Part shown: positions 50,701-61,671 of the stretch, in pieces | Layout: each line of letters begins with the position of its first letter | How positions within the stretch are numbered: the first letter of the stretch is position 1 | Source: Dimorphilus gyrociliatus | Taxonomy: Eukaryota; Animalia; Annelida | Assembly: GCA_904063045.1 (NCBI GenBank) | Contig: CAJFCJ010000012.1 | Location: 744,001-808,000, forward strand | Direction of reading: 5' to 3' | DNA length: 64,000 bases | The notes under the pieces: generated by a model | What the model saw: the letters and a program-made list of their open reading frames with translations, nothing else | Databases searched by the model: none | What the model was told of the DNA's origin: nothing | Position numbers and translations under genes: made by a program

Positions 50701-52458
50701 TATATGTATTTAATACATTATATTACTTACGGCAATAATCTACAATGCAGTTTTCCCATGTTCCATTTAATGATACGTAACACCAAGGTCCAGTTGCCTT
50801 ACTATCAGGATTTCTGCACATGTTTCCGGCACTCTCCAAATCTTTATCAGGGAAAACCAACAAAGAATCTTGTGATTTTTGATATAAATAATAATAAGCT
50901 TTCTTCCACGTCAGGCATGTCTTGCCTGTTTCAGAAATTGTTGTATTGCCTTGATAGTCGGTACCTATAGTACTTGCTTTACAATTCTTCAGAATTCGGT
51001 GGCAAGGTGCTATAGTAACGTCATCAATAGCTATATCTCCCAAGGCTCCTGAACCTATTATTGCTTCAAAGACTATTGAAAAGAGACCGCTTTCTAATCT
51101 AAGGAAACCCCTATTCCAAAGATCAGTAGTTGCTGGTGTAGTTCTACTCCACAATATAGTTTCGTTAGAATCTGGCTTTTTCCTTAGAACTGAAAAAACT
51201 CCAGAGTCTTTTCCAAACATATTATAGTAAAATTCAAGACAAATTTCATCCTCGGCTTGGATAAAGGGAGATGTTAATCTGGCGAACTCTCCCTTATTCC
51301 TATTCGTAGCCTCGATGTAGATATAATTTCCATGTCCGCTGGTGTGATCATTTGGAGGTCCTGTTGAGAGAGTTCCAGTTGGGCCGCTGTTCCTTATCCA
51401 TGGCATTAGAGAATCACTTTGAGAAAAGGAGCATAGATCGTTTTCAAAATCGCATGTAATTGGACGATATTCTGAAAATAAGATATAACATTTTCAAGTA
51501 ATTATTTTCAATGGAAAAACTTTCAAAACTAACGTCCATTGCAACGCTTCCTGACAAACATATTCATAACATTCGTGTCAATTAATTTCGCTTCGGAACT
51601 ACTCTCAGGTGTAATCGATGTAGGATGGCAAGTTTTCGCTACCTTATTATAAGCGACAGCGTTACAAGTATTATCTAGAAAGTTTAAACAGATTTGTTCA
51701 CAAACTGCCTCTGTAACACCTGAGAAATTCTGATAGAAAAATTCTAAACCAGACATGAATTTATTCTGATATTTTACAAGACTATCCGAACACTGGTCAA
51801 GGCTTCTTACAGTAGAAGAACTTTTATCCGTTGCAGAGAATTTTTTATTAACTTTATCATACAATCCCATTTCATATGTTGCAGTTGTCCTATAATAGTT
51901 TTTAATTAATTAATTTCTATTATTATTACAATTATTATAAATTTATATATTTAAATTTAAGTAAATAGTCTCTTCACTTTTTACCTAAAGAAGTTTTGAT
52001 TGCATATTGTTACAGATGGAAACTGTAAATTATTCGAATAGACTATATCCATATTCACAGATTTCGGGTGTGTATTTAAGTGACTACTTCTTGTAACCAC
52101 AATCCAAGTAAATCCTCCAAATGCACTCAACACAATTACAAGCCATATTAACTTCTTAAAGATGGTTCCTTTCCCCGTAATGTTCTTAACTCCATGGAAA
52201 GTTGTATCTTGTGTAAAGTCTACTATCTTTTCTTTAAATGAAGGTTTAGGTTTATCATACGGTGGAGGAAGGGGTGTTGTTTCGGGCTCTAATAAATGAC
52301 GAAGTTATGAAAAATAAAGAACAAGTTATCTTTTGAAAACACTTACTGGCTATTTCTGGTTTTTCTTTCTCTAGTTTTTCCATTGACTTGACATTGATAA
52401 CTCTAGATCGAGCTGAAGTACGTCCACTTGAAGGACGGGGAGATGAGAACATCTCCAT
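44719..52458 (-). CDS. Giant DEG/ENaC (ASIC/ENaC superfamily) channel subunit with inserted PAN, 4xMAM, kringle and 3xLDLa modules, 16 exons
   Basis: Pre-TM1 FTQDTTFHG, TM1, FPSVTICNQNFFR, palm/thumb core (CSWEG, DYGVCFTFN, GLSLILNIE, SPWGNC, YTYSSCERECETDAVEKLCGC, CSEPCERSAYEPSLS), beta11-12 (NFLIMDVFFAQLKYERVEQIKAY) and TM2 EVGGFMGLLLGGSVISVMEIFD. All exons join in phase by canonical GT-AG. The last exon is the least certain. Confidence 0.92.
47805..48194 (-). repeat. Coding minisatellite, 10 x 39 bp, encoding (GGGGGPAQTTAAP)10
   Basis: ccaggagc recurs every 39 nt from 47805 to 48156 with few substitutions (TIAAP, TTIAP, GSGGG variants). Confidence 0.98.
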
Positions 52459-53809
52459 CCCGTTTCAAGTAATAAACTAAATTAGTGACATTGACAAACA
52501 TGAATATAAAGTATGGTTAAGTGCTCATCACTTAGTGTCACAATATTCATATTAAATTTTCAAAGTTAGTTCAGATGTTTCGAAGGTAAATATTCTAAAT
52601 TGAACAATAGCAGAAATTGATAGATAAATATATTAATAGATCCTCTTTATCGACTCTTACTTTGCAATTAGCAACAGCAACTATTTCAGTAATAAACACA
52701 TTATGACTATCCAAAACACCTCATTTTATGATGTTTACCATTCAAATAGATAGTGAACTAAATTTTAACTATAGGTTAATAGAATATCTATTATTTATTA
52801 TAAAAAAGTCGTCTAATATATAATGTTTAAAATACTTAATATTTTAGTTTATGGATAGACTTTAATGAATTTGAAAGTTACATTTTCCACGGCTGATATA
52901 AAGTTCACTTTTGCATTATTCGAGTATTAATACTATGTAAGTTTATAAATATTTCATATCACTACGAAAGACTGTTTATACATTGGCTTTATGAAGTGTT
53001 TGGGGTCGTTAACTCTTCAAATTTCACTAATAAAAACATATCAGGATTATTATTAATTAATTCGCTAAAGAATTCATTCTGTTTACTATAAGTATTTATT
53101 TAAATAAATTCAAAAACAGAAGTAGCTACTAACGTAGCAACTGCGTGTAACATTATGTAAATAACAAATATTTAAGAAAACATCCCACTATTGTACACAG
53201 ATAATTAACATATTGAATAGTACTAAAAATACATAGGTATTTTGAAAAGTTTTTGTTACGTGCGAACACACATTAATGGCAAATTCATTCAGGAAAAGAG
53301 CTTTGAAATATAAGTTTAGAAAAATGATATTATTGTAAGAGTTTATTGATCCGTTATTATCGTCTAATAGGTTTTATAAATATATAATTTTATTGTCACA
53401 ATGAAAAATATGGTTGTTTATCACTAGTTTTTATCTGTGTTAGAAAGAAAAATCTAAATGATGAAGCTAATTAACATTTAGGTTTATTTTTTTTATAGGT
53501 AAAAAAAAAGTAAATCAATTCATTTAAATATTATCTAAGTATCCTCAGTAATAGATATTACACTTTCTGCTTCAAATTAATACTGATTATAGATAATGAT
53601 TCCTATCGAATGTTGATAAAATATATGAGCGTAGATAGTTTAATCAGTCTTACAAGATGAAATACCATATACACTTCATTGATTTTGTTTAATGTTTGCA
53701 AGAGAATTTGTATAGAAATTAATATTAGCATCTGAAGAAGAGATTAAACATTTATATTTTATGAAAAGGAAGCTTCTTATTTCAAAATTGAAATTTCAAG
53801 AGTGAGAAA

Positions 53810-55241
53810 ATGGAAATATCAACTTACTACTCTACACTCACCACTGGACAACCAGAGGAAGGATGGAGAAAGAGGCTTAGAACAGCCTATCAAATTCTTA
53901 TTCCTATTACTCTTGCTTTTATTATGTTGGCTATGGGATGCGATATTCAACCGAAAGTTGTTATTAAAACATTAAAAAGGCCTTTAGCCCCAATTATTGG
54001 AGCATCATGCCAGTTTATTTTGCTACCGCTAGTAGCTTTTGGAATGGGTAAAGCATTTAATTACGAAACTGAAATTGGTGTTGGGATGCTGATTGTTGCT
54101 TGTTGCCCAGGTGGTGCAGTTTCAAATATTTTCTGCTATTGGACAAGAGGTATATAATTTAAATGTTGTGCATCCTTCTCCTAATTTCTGGTCAAGGATT
54201 ATCAAATGTTATCAATTCGGTTTATCTATATGTACTGTATTGAATATTTTGTAACAAGAGAAAATTTTATATATTCCTTACGTTGTATAGCTTTGTAATC
54301 TAACTCGACGAATAATTTGTTCCACTTAAGCATTGATAAGCTAATCATTTTTTAGAAAAGGTTAATTAAATTGGAGCATTTACTGAGAAAATGTATTTTT
54401 TTTTATCTTGCAGGTAACCTTACTCTGTCTGTAACTATGACCAGCATTTCAACAGTATTAGCTTTCGGATTTATGCCTCTTAATTTATTCATATATACTA
54501 GAGGTTTCAATAGCCGAAATGTAAAAGTTCCCTATTTGGAAATATTTCTTGGTTTAGTCCTAACTCTAGTACCATTAACGATAGGAGGATTCATAAAGCG
54601 ATTCTTTCCAAAAGCTGCAGGGGTTTTTATTAGAATAGGATCTTTTGCGGGTATTGCGATGATTATTATGGCGGGAATTATGCAAAGGTTTATATATTCA
54701 AACAATGCAAAAAGAAAAGATTCTTGGAAAATTATACTTGGAGCTGCAATATTACCGCTATTAGGATTTTTTTTGGGTATGTATATAGATTTAGAAAGGC
54801 TCTTTTCTCTTTGATCTCTTCACTCTTATCGTTTACAAATAATATGTTTGTTTTATTAATTAAGGATTTGGAATTTCCAGTTTAGCATTTAAATGGCTAA
54901 AAATGCCTGAAAGGAGAACAATAGCTTTTGAAACAAGTTGTCAAAATGTTGGATTGGCTTTGACTTTAGTTTCTTTTGCATTTAAAGGCACCAGAGATCA
55001 AATTGGTGCTTACACTCAATTCCCACTATTTTTCTCCCTATTTATGATGGTTGAAGCAATTGGTCTTTGTATTTTTATTAAAGGTTATCAAATTTATAAA
55101 GATAAAAAGAGAGTAGTACACGAAAGTCCGCAAAAAGACAATTTAGATCAGAATGATCATGGAAAAATACCAGAGCTCACAGAATCTGAAAATGGTGTAA
55201 TAATTAATAAAGCATTTATGGATAGTTTTCATAAACTGTAA
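53810..55241 (+). CDS. SLC10-family sodium/bile-acid-type cotransporter, 3 exons
   Basis: IMLAMGC, QFILLPL, CCPGGAVSN, GNLTLSVTMT, RRTIAFETSCQN are SLC10/BASS hallmarks. Confidence 0.92.
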
Positions 55242-55348
55242 TTTCAATGCTAAATTTGAACAGTGAAACAAATTAATTTAAACCTTTTGAAATTATTGCT
55301 AATTAACATACTAACGGGAATTTTTCTAATTTAAATATCGATTATATG

Positions 55349-55351
<3 letters not shown>

Positions 55352-55381
<30 letters not shown>
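55352..55381. repeat. (TA)n microsatellite
   Basis: Perfect TA run. Confidence 0.95.
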
Positions 55382-55385
<4 letters not shown>

Positions 55386-56363
55386 TAATAAAATATATAA
55401 ACTTATAAGTATATGAGAAGGACAAGTATAAACATAAAAAAGAAATAGTTATTGCTTTATAGAAATATAAATAACTTTAGAGTTAATACAGAGTCAATCT
55501 TCCTTTCGAAATTCTCTTCATTCGTATTCAAATAAAATTTCTTTAAAAATAAAACAAAGATGCTATGCCCTATATGTAATACTCTAATATATAAAACTAA
55601 ACGTTTCAACGTCTTTATCGTCTGATTTAAGGCCTTGAAACTTCAGTCTGCTATTGATTAAATACCAAAAATATTTCGATATAGGATAGTTTAAACAATA
55701 TATTGTTTTAGATAGACTGAATGAACAAATTTATTACATTTTATCGGCGGCGGATATTAGAGTTTTTTATTTTTATAGTTCACAATATAAGCATATTTCA
55801 TAGAAAACTATATTCTTCGTTTACATATAAAAGATAAGAAGTATAGATCTAACGCATGAATGTTCTAATTGTTCCTTATTCACAAATTTCTTAAACAGTC
55901 ATTTACCTTTCTATTTATCTATAGTTTAAAGATTTAAACATGCAGAATACGCTCTTACTAAATAATTGTGGACCTGTCTATCATTCTTTCCACCATTTGA
56001 TTCTCTTGTAAATTTTTTCATTAAAAGGAATTTTATAGAATAGAAATTAATCTATATAATTGAGAATAATCTAAAGTGTTTATTAAACAATGTAATATGT
56101 TCTTGAACATATTGGCTTGAACAATAAAAGAAATTAAAGTTTAATGTTTATTCAGCAAATTATTCAATCAATATTAAACAAAAGATAAATTAGCCAAAAT
56201 TATCTTACTCATTGCTAAAGTAAAATTTATAGCTTAAATTGTTAGTTTTTTTATCAGCTGCCAATTTTTCATTTTTTGTTGTAGTACGCCTACGTATACG
56301 TCTAATCTGATGATAAGAAAATGTCTCCTGTTGTATATTTGCTATCTTATCAGCAGTTATGGG

Positions 56364-56371
56364 TATATAAA
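56364..56371 (+). promoter_or_regulatory. TATA box of the DM9 gene
   Basis: TATATAAA about 60 nt upstream of the ATG at 56425. Confidence 0.5.
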
Positions 56372-56424
56372 GCTTCTCCTAAAAGTCTCTAAGTCACAAA
56401 GTTTCTCTAGACTCAAAGAAAATC

Positions 56425-57633
56425 ATGTACGGCCTTGCTGGTTACGGAAGAACACGTAAGTATTGATACTAGTAAATATCACTAGACAACCTTATTGTAA
56501 GAAAACAATTATTTCAATTCAAAAGAAAAACCCATTAAGTTACAAATTATTAAACAAGTTATTATTGACGTCAATAGCGGTAAGAGATAATAACTAGAAT
56601 ATTCTTTATTAATGAATTAAAACGGATAGTTTAGTATTCTTTGAGTTAGTTGCTTATTTTTTGTTCCATTGTAAATTACCATTTAGAGCGTCAATAATGA
56701 ATAAGTCTATTATCCATATTCCAATATACATATCCAATTATACCAGTTAGAAGTATATATTCTCTATATTGGTTTATATTCAATAATATGTCATAGGTAA
56801 ATATGTTTATCAAATACCATAACCTATAGTATTTGTTTTAAAAAGCTAAAGATTTATTACAGTATTATCAACAGTTAGCACTATCTAATTCAAGCACGTT
56901 AGGACACGTCAGCAAACCTCTTATCGATATTCCAAACATTCATATTTTCTTTATCTATCCTTTGAATTGTATCTGGAATTTGCTCTTCTTTAGTCTTTAT
57001 CTTTTTATTATCTATTTACTACATAAATAAATTGTTTATGGCATTAGTATTCTCCTAACTAGAAAATGAAATCGAATCATCATCTTGTTAATATTTACTT
57101 TTTTTCTAGTTATGAAGCACCCAAACTGGGTTTTGTGCTACGGTGGAGATATCCCAGATAGAGCATTCCCAGCTGGCATCAGTGAAGATGGTGAAGCTGT
57201 TCTTGTTGGTAGATTCATCATTGAAGATGCTCTTACCCCCGGTATTTAACAAAACTTAATATCAGCTTCAAATAGTATATCTAATTCTTTAAAAAAATAT
57301 CCTACAGGAAAAGTTAAGGCATCCCAAGGCAAATGTTACGTTCCATTCGGTGGTGACGAAAAAGATTCTGAAGAATACGAAATCCTAGTTGAAACTGATG
57401 ACGCCAGCTTTGATTGGCTCCCAAACTCCGGTGGCAACGTACCAGTAGGGGCTGTTATTGGCGGTTACAAAGCCGATGGAAACAAAATCTACATCGGAAG
57501 AACCTACCACGAAGGAAAAATCATCGTCGGAAAAGTTAACGTTGAACAAGGATGTCTTTACATCGCCGATTCTGGTGCTGAACATAGATACGACGACTAC
57601 GAGATCTTGGTCTGCAAAACCATAGATTTATAA
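56425..57633 (+). CDS. DM9-repeat (DUF3421) protein with two DM9 repeats, 3 exons (56425-56455, 57110-57241, 57308-57633); missed by the ORF track
   Basis: MYGLAGYGRT|LMKHPNWVLCYGGDIPDRAFPAGISEDGEAVLVGR...TP|GKV...CYVPFGGDE...YEILV...FDWLPNSGGNVPVGAVIGG...IYIGRTYHEGKIIVGKV...YEILV, joined by phase-1 introns. Confidence 0.9.
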
Positions 57634-58925
57634 GTTCAATATTAGAGAGAACGTAAATCCAGTCAGTTCGCTTCTTTAAAAAATTTAGATGAATAAATAG
57701 AAGAAAAAAATGACTCCTTTTTCTACTTTCAAAGGAAAAGAGAGTTTAACTATTTGGGTAATATAGTTTTTCCTTAGAAAAAACTCTGATTTTTATTAGA
57801 TAAATAAAAGTATAGAAATATAAAAATGCTAAATGAAAAACAGTAGTTTGCTCTTTCATTTTTTTTAAAAAGAAAAAAGAAAACTTTTAAGCCAAATGAT
57901 ATTAAAACAAGTAATACACTATAGTATCTTATTTATGATTATTCATCAGCATATACATAACTATAATGTATGATTCTAAAGGTTGGCGTCGTTATCTTAA
58001 GAGGTTTCTACCTAACAAAAATATTTTTGATAAAAAGAATATATAAGCTAAAGATAGATATGGAAGCAAGTTTATTATATTAATGAAATATACGTACACA
58101 TACACTGATTGTACTATATATATTATTCTAACATGTAGAATATTCTAGAAATTTTTCATATTTCTGATCTGTTAATCTTAATATACTGTTTAGCATCTAT
58201 TTAAATTAACATAAATTAAGAGGATGCTATTTAAATATCAGTCTTGTATACTGTATGTAAATAATATAGATTTCATTATTTGTTTCTTTTTTTAGCATTA
58301 TATCTTTGTCTCTCTCTCGCTCCTTCTTTCTTTCTCTTTTTCTTTCTCTCTATCCATCTTTATTTCTCTTACTTTATAAATTTAATATTACTACTTTAAG
58401 AGAAATAATAATGTATAATCGGTATGAAAGAATATTGAATCGTTTCATTTGTATAATATGGGTCTTAATATGCCGTCCCAGACAACACTTAGGCCCGAAG
58501 CTGAGAAAGGTCATAGTATTATATTGAAAAATACCACCTGTTTTACATTTGGTCCCTTTGCTCTCTCAATCAATCGCAAACTCAAGGTAAATATTTAAGT
58601 GTATAAGTCTCTGGTTTTAAATTTAATCTTTCATGTAGAATAATATACCGTTAAAACAGCTCATTATATATCATTAAAATGTAGATGAGATTCAATGTGT
58701 TAATTGCATTTGACGTAATATATTGTCTATTGTCTTTAACGATAAAGAGGATAAGAGTTTTCTCTTTTTTGTCTCCATTGTCTTAAATTTACGAGCTAAG
58801 GAATCAATTATGTCTGAAGGGTTTTCACTACTCATTATACCGACTGAATTGTATTTGGTTTCTAAAATGCTTATGTTTCCTAAATTCAGTGTAAAAACTT
58901 TGGAAAGAACTAGATATAGAAGAAT

Positions 58926-60272
58926 ATGGATGTAACTCAGCTACAAGCACAGTTCAGTGATACATTAACAAAAACCAGTTTATCAATAGGTAATAGTATT
59001 AATCTTTTCTCCCTTTTCAAACTATATCAAACCATATAGTAAAGTATTACTCTTATTATTATAGGCTTAATTCTGGGTGTGAAAATGAAAATTTTTGATA
59101 CAATCCTTGCGCTGGATTCACCTTCGACCTCGTCTGAAATAGCTAACAAATGCTCTTTGAAAGAGAGGTTTGGTTTAAATAGAATATAAGGAAAGTTTTA
59201 TAAAAGCTTCTATTGCTTCTTATAAGATATGTCAGAGAATGGTTAGGATTGATGTCAACTTCCGGTATTATTTCGGTCGATGGTACATCCGAATCTGATA
59301 AATTTTATGCCAGTGACGCGCTAGAAACGGCACTGAAGGAAAGCGGAAGAACATTAGGAATTTTGGAGAATTTGTTAGCGCTTCTTCCCCATTTGCCTGA
59401 ACTTGAAAAGTGCTTTCAATTAGATGGACCGAGAGGTTAAACAATGACACCACTTTTACTTAAAGATTATTACTATTATTAAAAATCATAACAATAATAA
59501 AATATTATTGGCAGGTATTCCTCACGAAAGATTTACAGAAATATATAGACTATTTGACCTGAATTCGTCACGGAAATTTACCTCGACCTTCCTCCAAGAA
59601 TTTATTGGTCACGTTCCAGACGTCATAAGTCGTTTGAGTAGGGCTAACTTTCAAGTTGCGCGATTTCAATTTATGTGTAACCAATATATTCCTTACCTGT
59701 AAATTTTAGGTCAAGGTGGTGATGTTCTTGAAATTGGCTGCAACAGTGGCTTCTCAACTGTCGCTCTCGCAAAAATGTTCAAAAAATCAAAATTCTACGG
59801 CCAAGACATTTGCAAGGAAGGCATATTGAGTGCTAAACTTCTTTCACGTGACATGGAGAATGTTAACTTTTCTATTCAGGACGCCTGCAAAAGAACTGGG
59901 TTTGATGAGGAGTCCTTTGATTGGATTTTAGCAATGGATGTTATACATGATTTACCATATCCCGATGCGGCTATAAAAGAGTTATATAGGATACTAAAAA
60001 AAGATGGTATTTTGTCGATAGTTGACATAAATGCTCATAGTAGACCTTCACAAAATTTAAATAATCCAAGAGCTACCTTTTTGTATGCTATATCTTTATG
60101 TCACTGTACACCAATGTCATTTGGTCTACCTGACAGTATGGGACTAGGTGCAACGTGGGGTAAAGAAAGAGCTAAAGATTTGTTTGAGGAATGCGGATTC
60201 CGTCTGGAATCGGTGCAAGATATGGAGAGTGATAAACTTCAAAGTCACTACGTATTTAAGAAACTATTATAG
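58926..60272 (+). CDS. Class I SAM-dependent methyltransferase with N-terminal winged helix (Rv2258c-like), 5 exons
   Basis: SSEIANKCSLKERYVREWL, SAM motif VLEIGCNSG, FDWILAMDVIHDLPYP, YAISLCHCTPMS, GLGATWG. A possible extra upstream exon (58469-58585) joins in phase 0 but is unproven. Confidence 0.9.
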
Positions 60273-60628
60273 ATTAATTCTTAACAATTTATGAAATTAT
60301 CTCTGTAAATTAATTCCTGTAACAATTACTAAAACTATGTTAACATTTTTCTACCTAATACACTCTTGAGTACAAACCAGTTTCGCTATAGTAGTTCAAC
60401 GACCGGGTCATTTCGGTGACATTTAAACCAAATAAGAAAGGAAGACGCGGTTTGAACGCAAACTCTTCACTTTCACTTTATAAAATTAAGCGGTAACAGT
60501 AACAAAGAGTTACATTCATTAAATGGAAATTTTAATTGTGAATTTTTAAAAGATAGAAAACGTGCAAACTGGTAATGACAACTATATTCTATATTTTGTT
60601 ATTTATAATATATTTTACGACAATCTTT

Positions 60629-60638
60629 CCGCCATCTT
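60629..60638 (+). promoter_or_regulatory. YY1/Pho-like motif upstream of SLC4
   Basis: CCGCCATCTT matches the YY1 consensus and lies upstream of a probable 5'UTR exon donor (gtgagt near 60990). Confidence 0.3.
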
Positions 60639-61671
60639 CTTTCATCTTTCGTCATTATTTTATTTATTTATTTAATTTTTAAAAAAATGGCAAAACATCC
60701 GCTATTTAAATAAACTTTTAACTGAAAGCATAAATTAGTTGTCGGGCAAAAACAAATTTATCTAACATTTATAAAAATTAGAAAATTAATCCTTCTATAT
60801 CTACGAATAAGTTTTAAATATATAGGCTTACAACTGTCCAAAATGTTGAGTTTTTTTTAGCATATACGTGATCCTAAAGTTTCATTACAAGAGCTGCTAT
60901 AGGCATATTTTTTTCAATACTCTTTTGTTAAAAAAAAACAGTTTCACTTGGCAATCTTTCTTAAAACGCATCAGATGGTTGATCAGGATGGTGAGTACTT
61001 TTTAAAACTTATAAACTATATAGATTCTCAATTTTGATAGATAAGTTGAGTTTATATACGTGTTCTTTATATAAATATATTTATATATATGATATAGAAA
61101 TATATATTTGAATATATATAAATAACTGTATTTATACAGTTAGACTTAGAAGAGCAAAAACATAGTAAAAAGTTTTTTACTTTCTTAATTTACTTTCAAA
61201 AACTCTGTTATTTATTTATTCAAAAAATATTAATAAATATTTTTATTAATCATAATTTATAGTTAAATTATTAATTTTCTTTCCTTAATTTGGATATTTA
61301 ATACTTTTTAACATTGCGTTATACTTACTTTCTATTCTTTCTTAAATGATGTAATTATACCAAGAACAACAGTCTAATAGATAAACTGTTTATTTATAGT
61401 TATTTTACACAAGTACATATAGTATGTATGTGTATTTATAATTTTCTTACTAGTAGCCTTTGAAACTTACTAACCTCCAATACACTGGGTACATAAAAAA
61501 ATACGTAATATGTATTGTATCACTGTAGTATGAAAGTAGACGTTTTCTTTAAAAAGACCATGATGTTTGTAAAAGCAAAAAGAAATAAGGAACATTAATT
61601 ATGTTGTTAAAAGGCAGTGCAATGTTTTTTAGTATATTTAGAAAGTTTCTATTTTTGTTTCTCTATATAGG

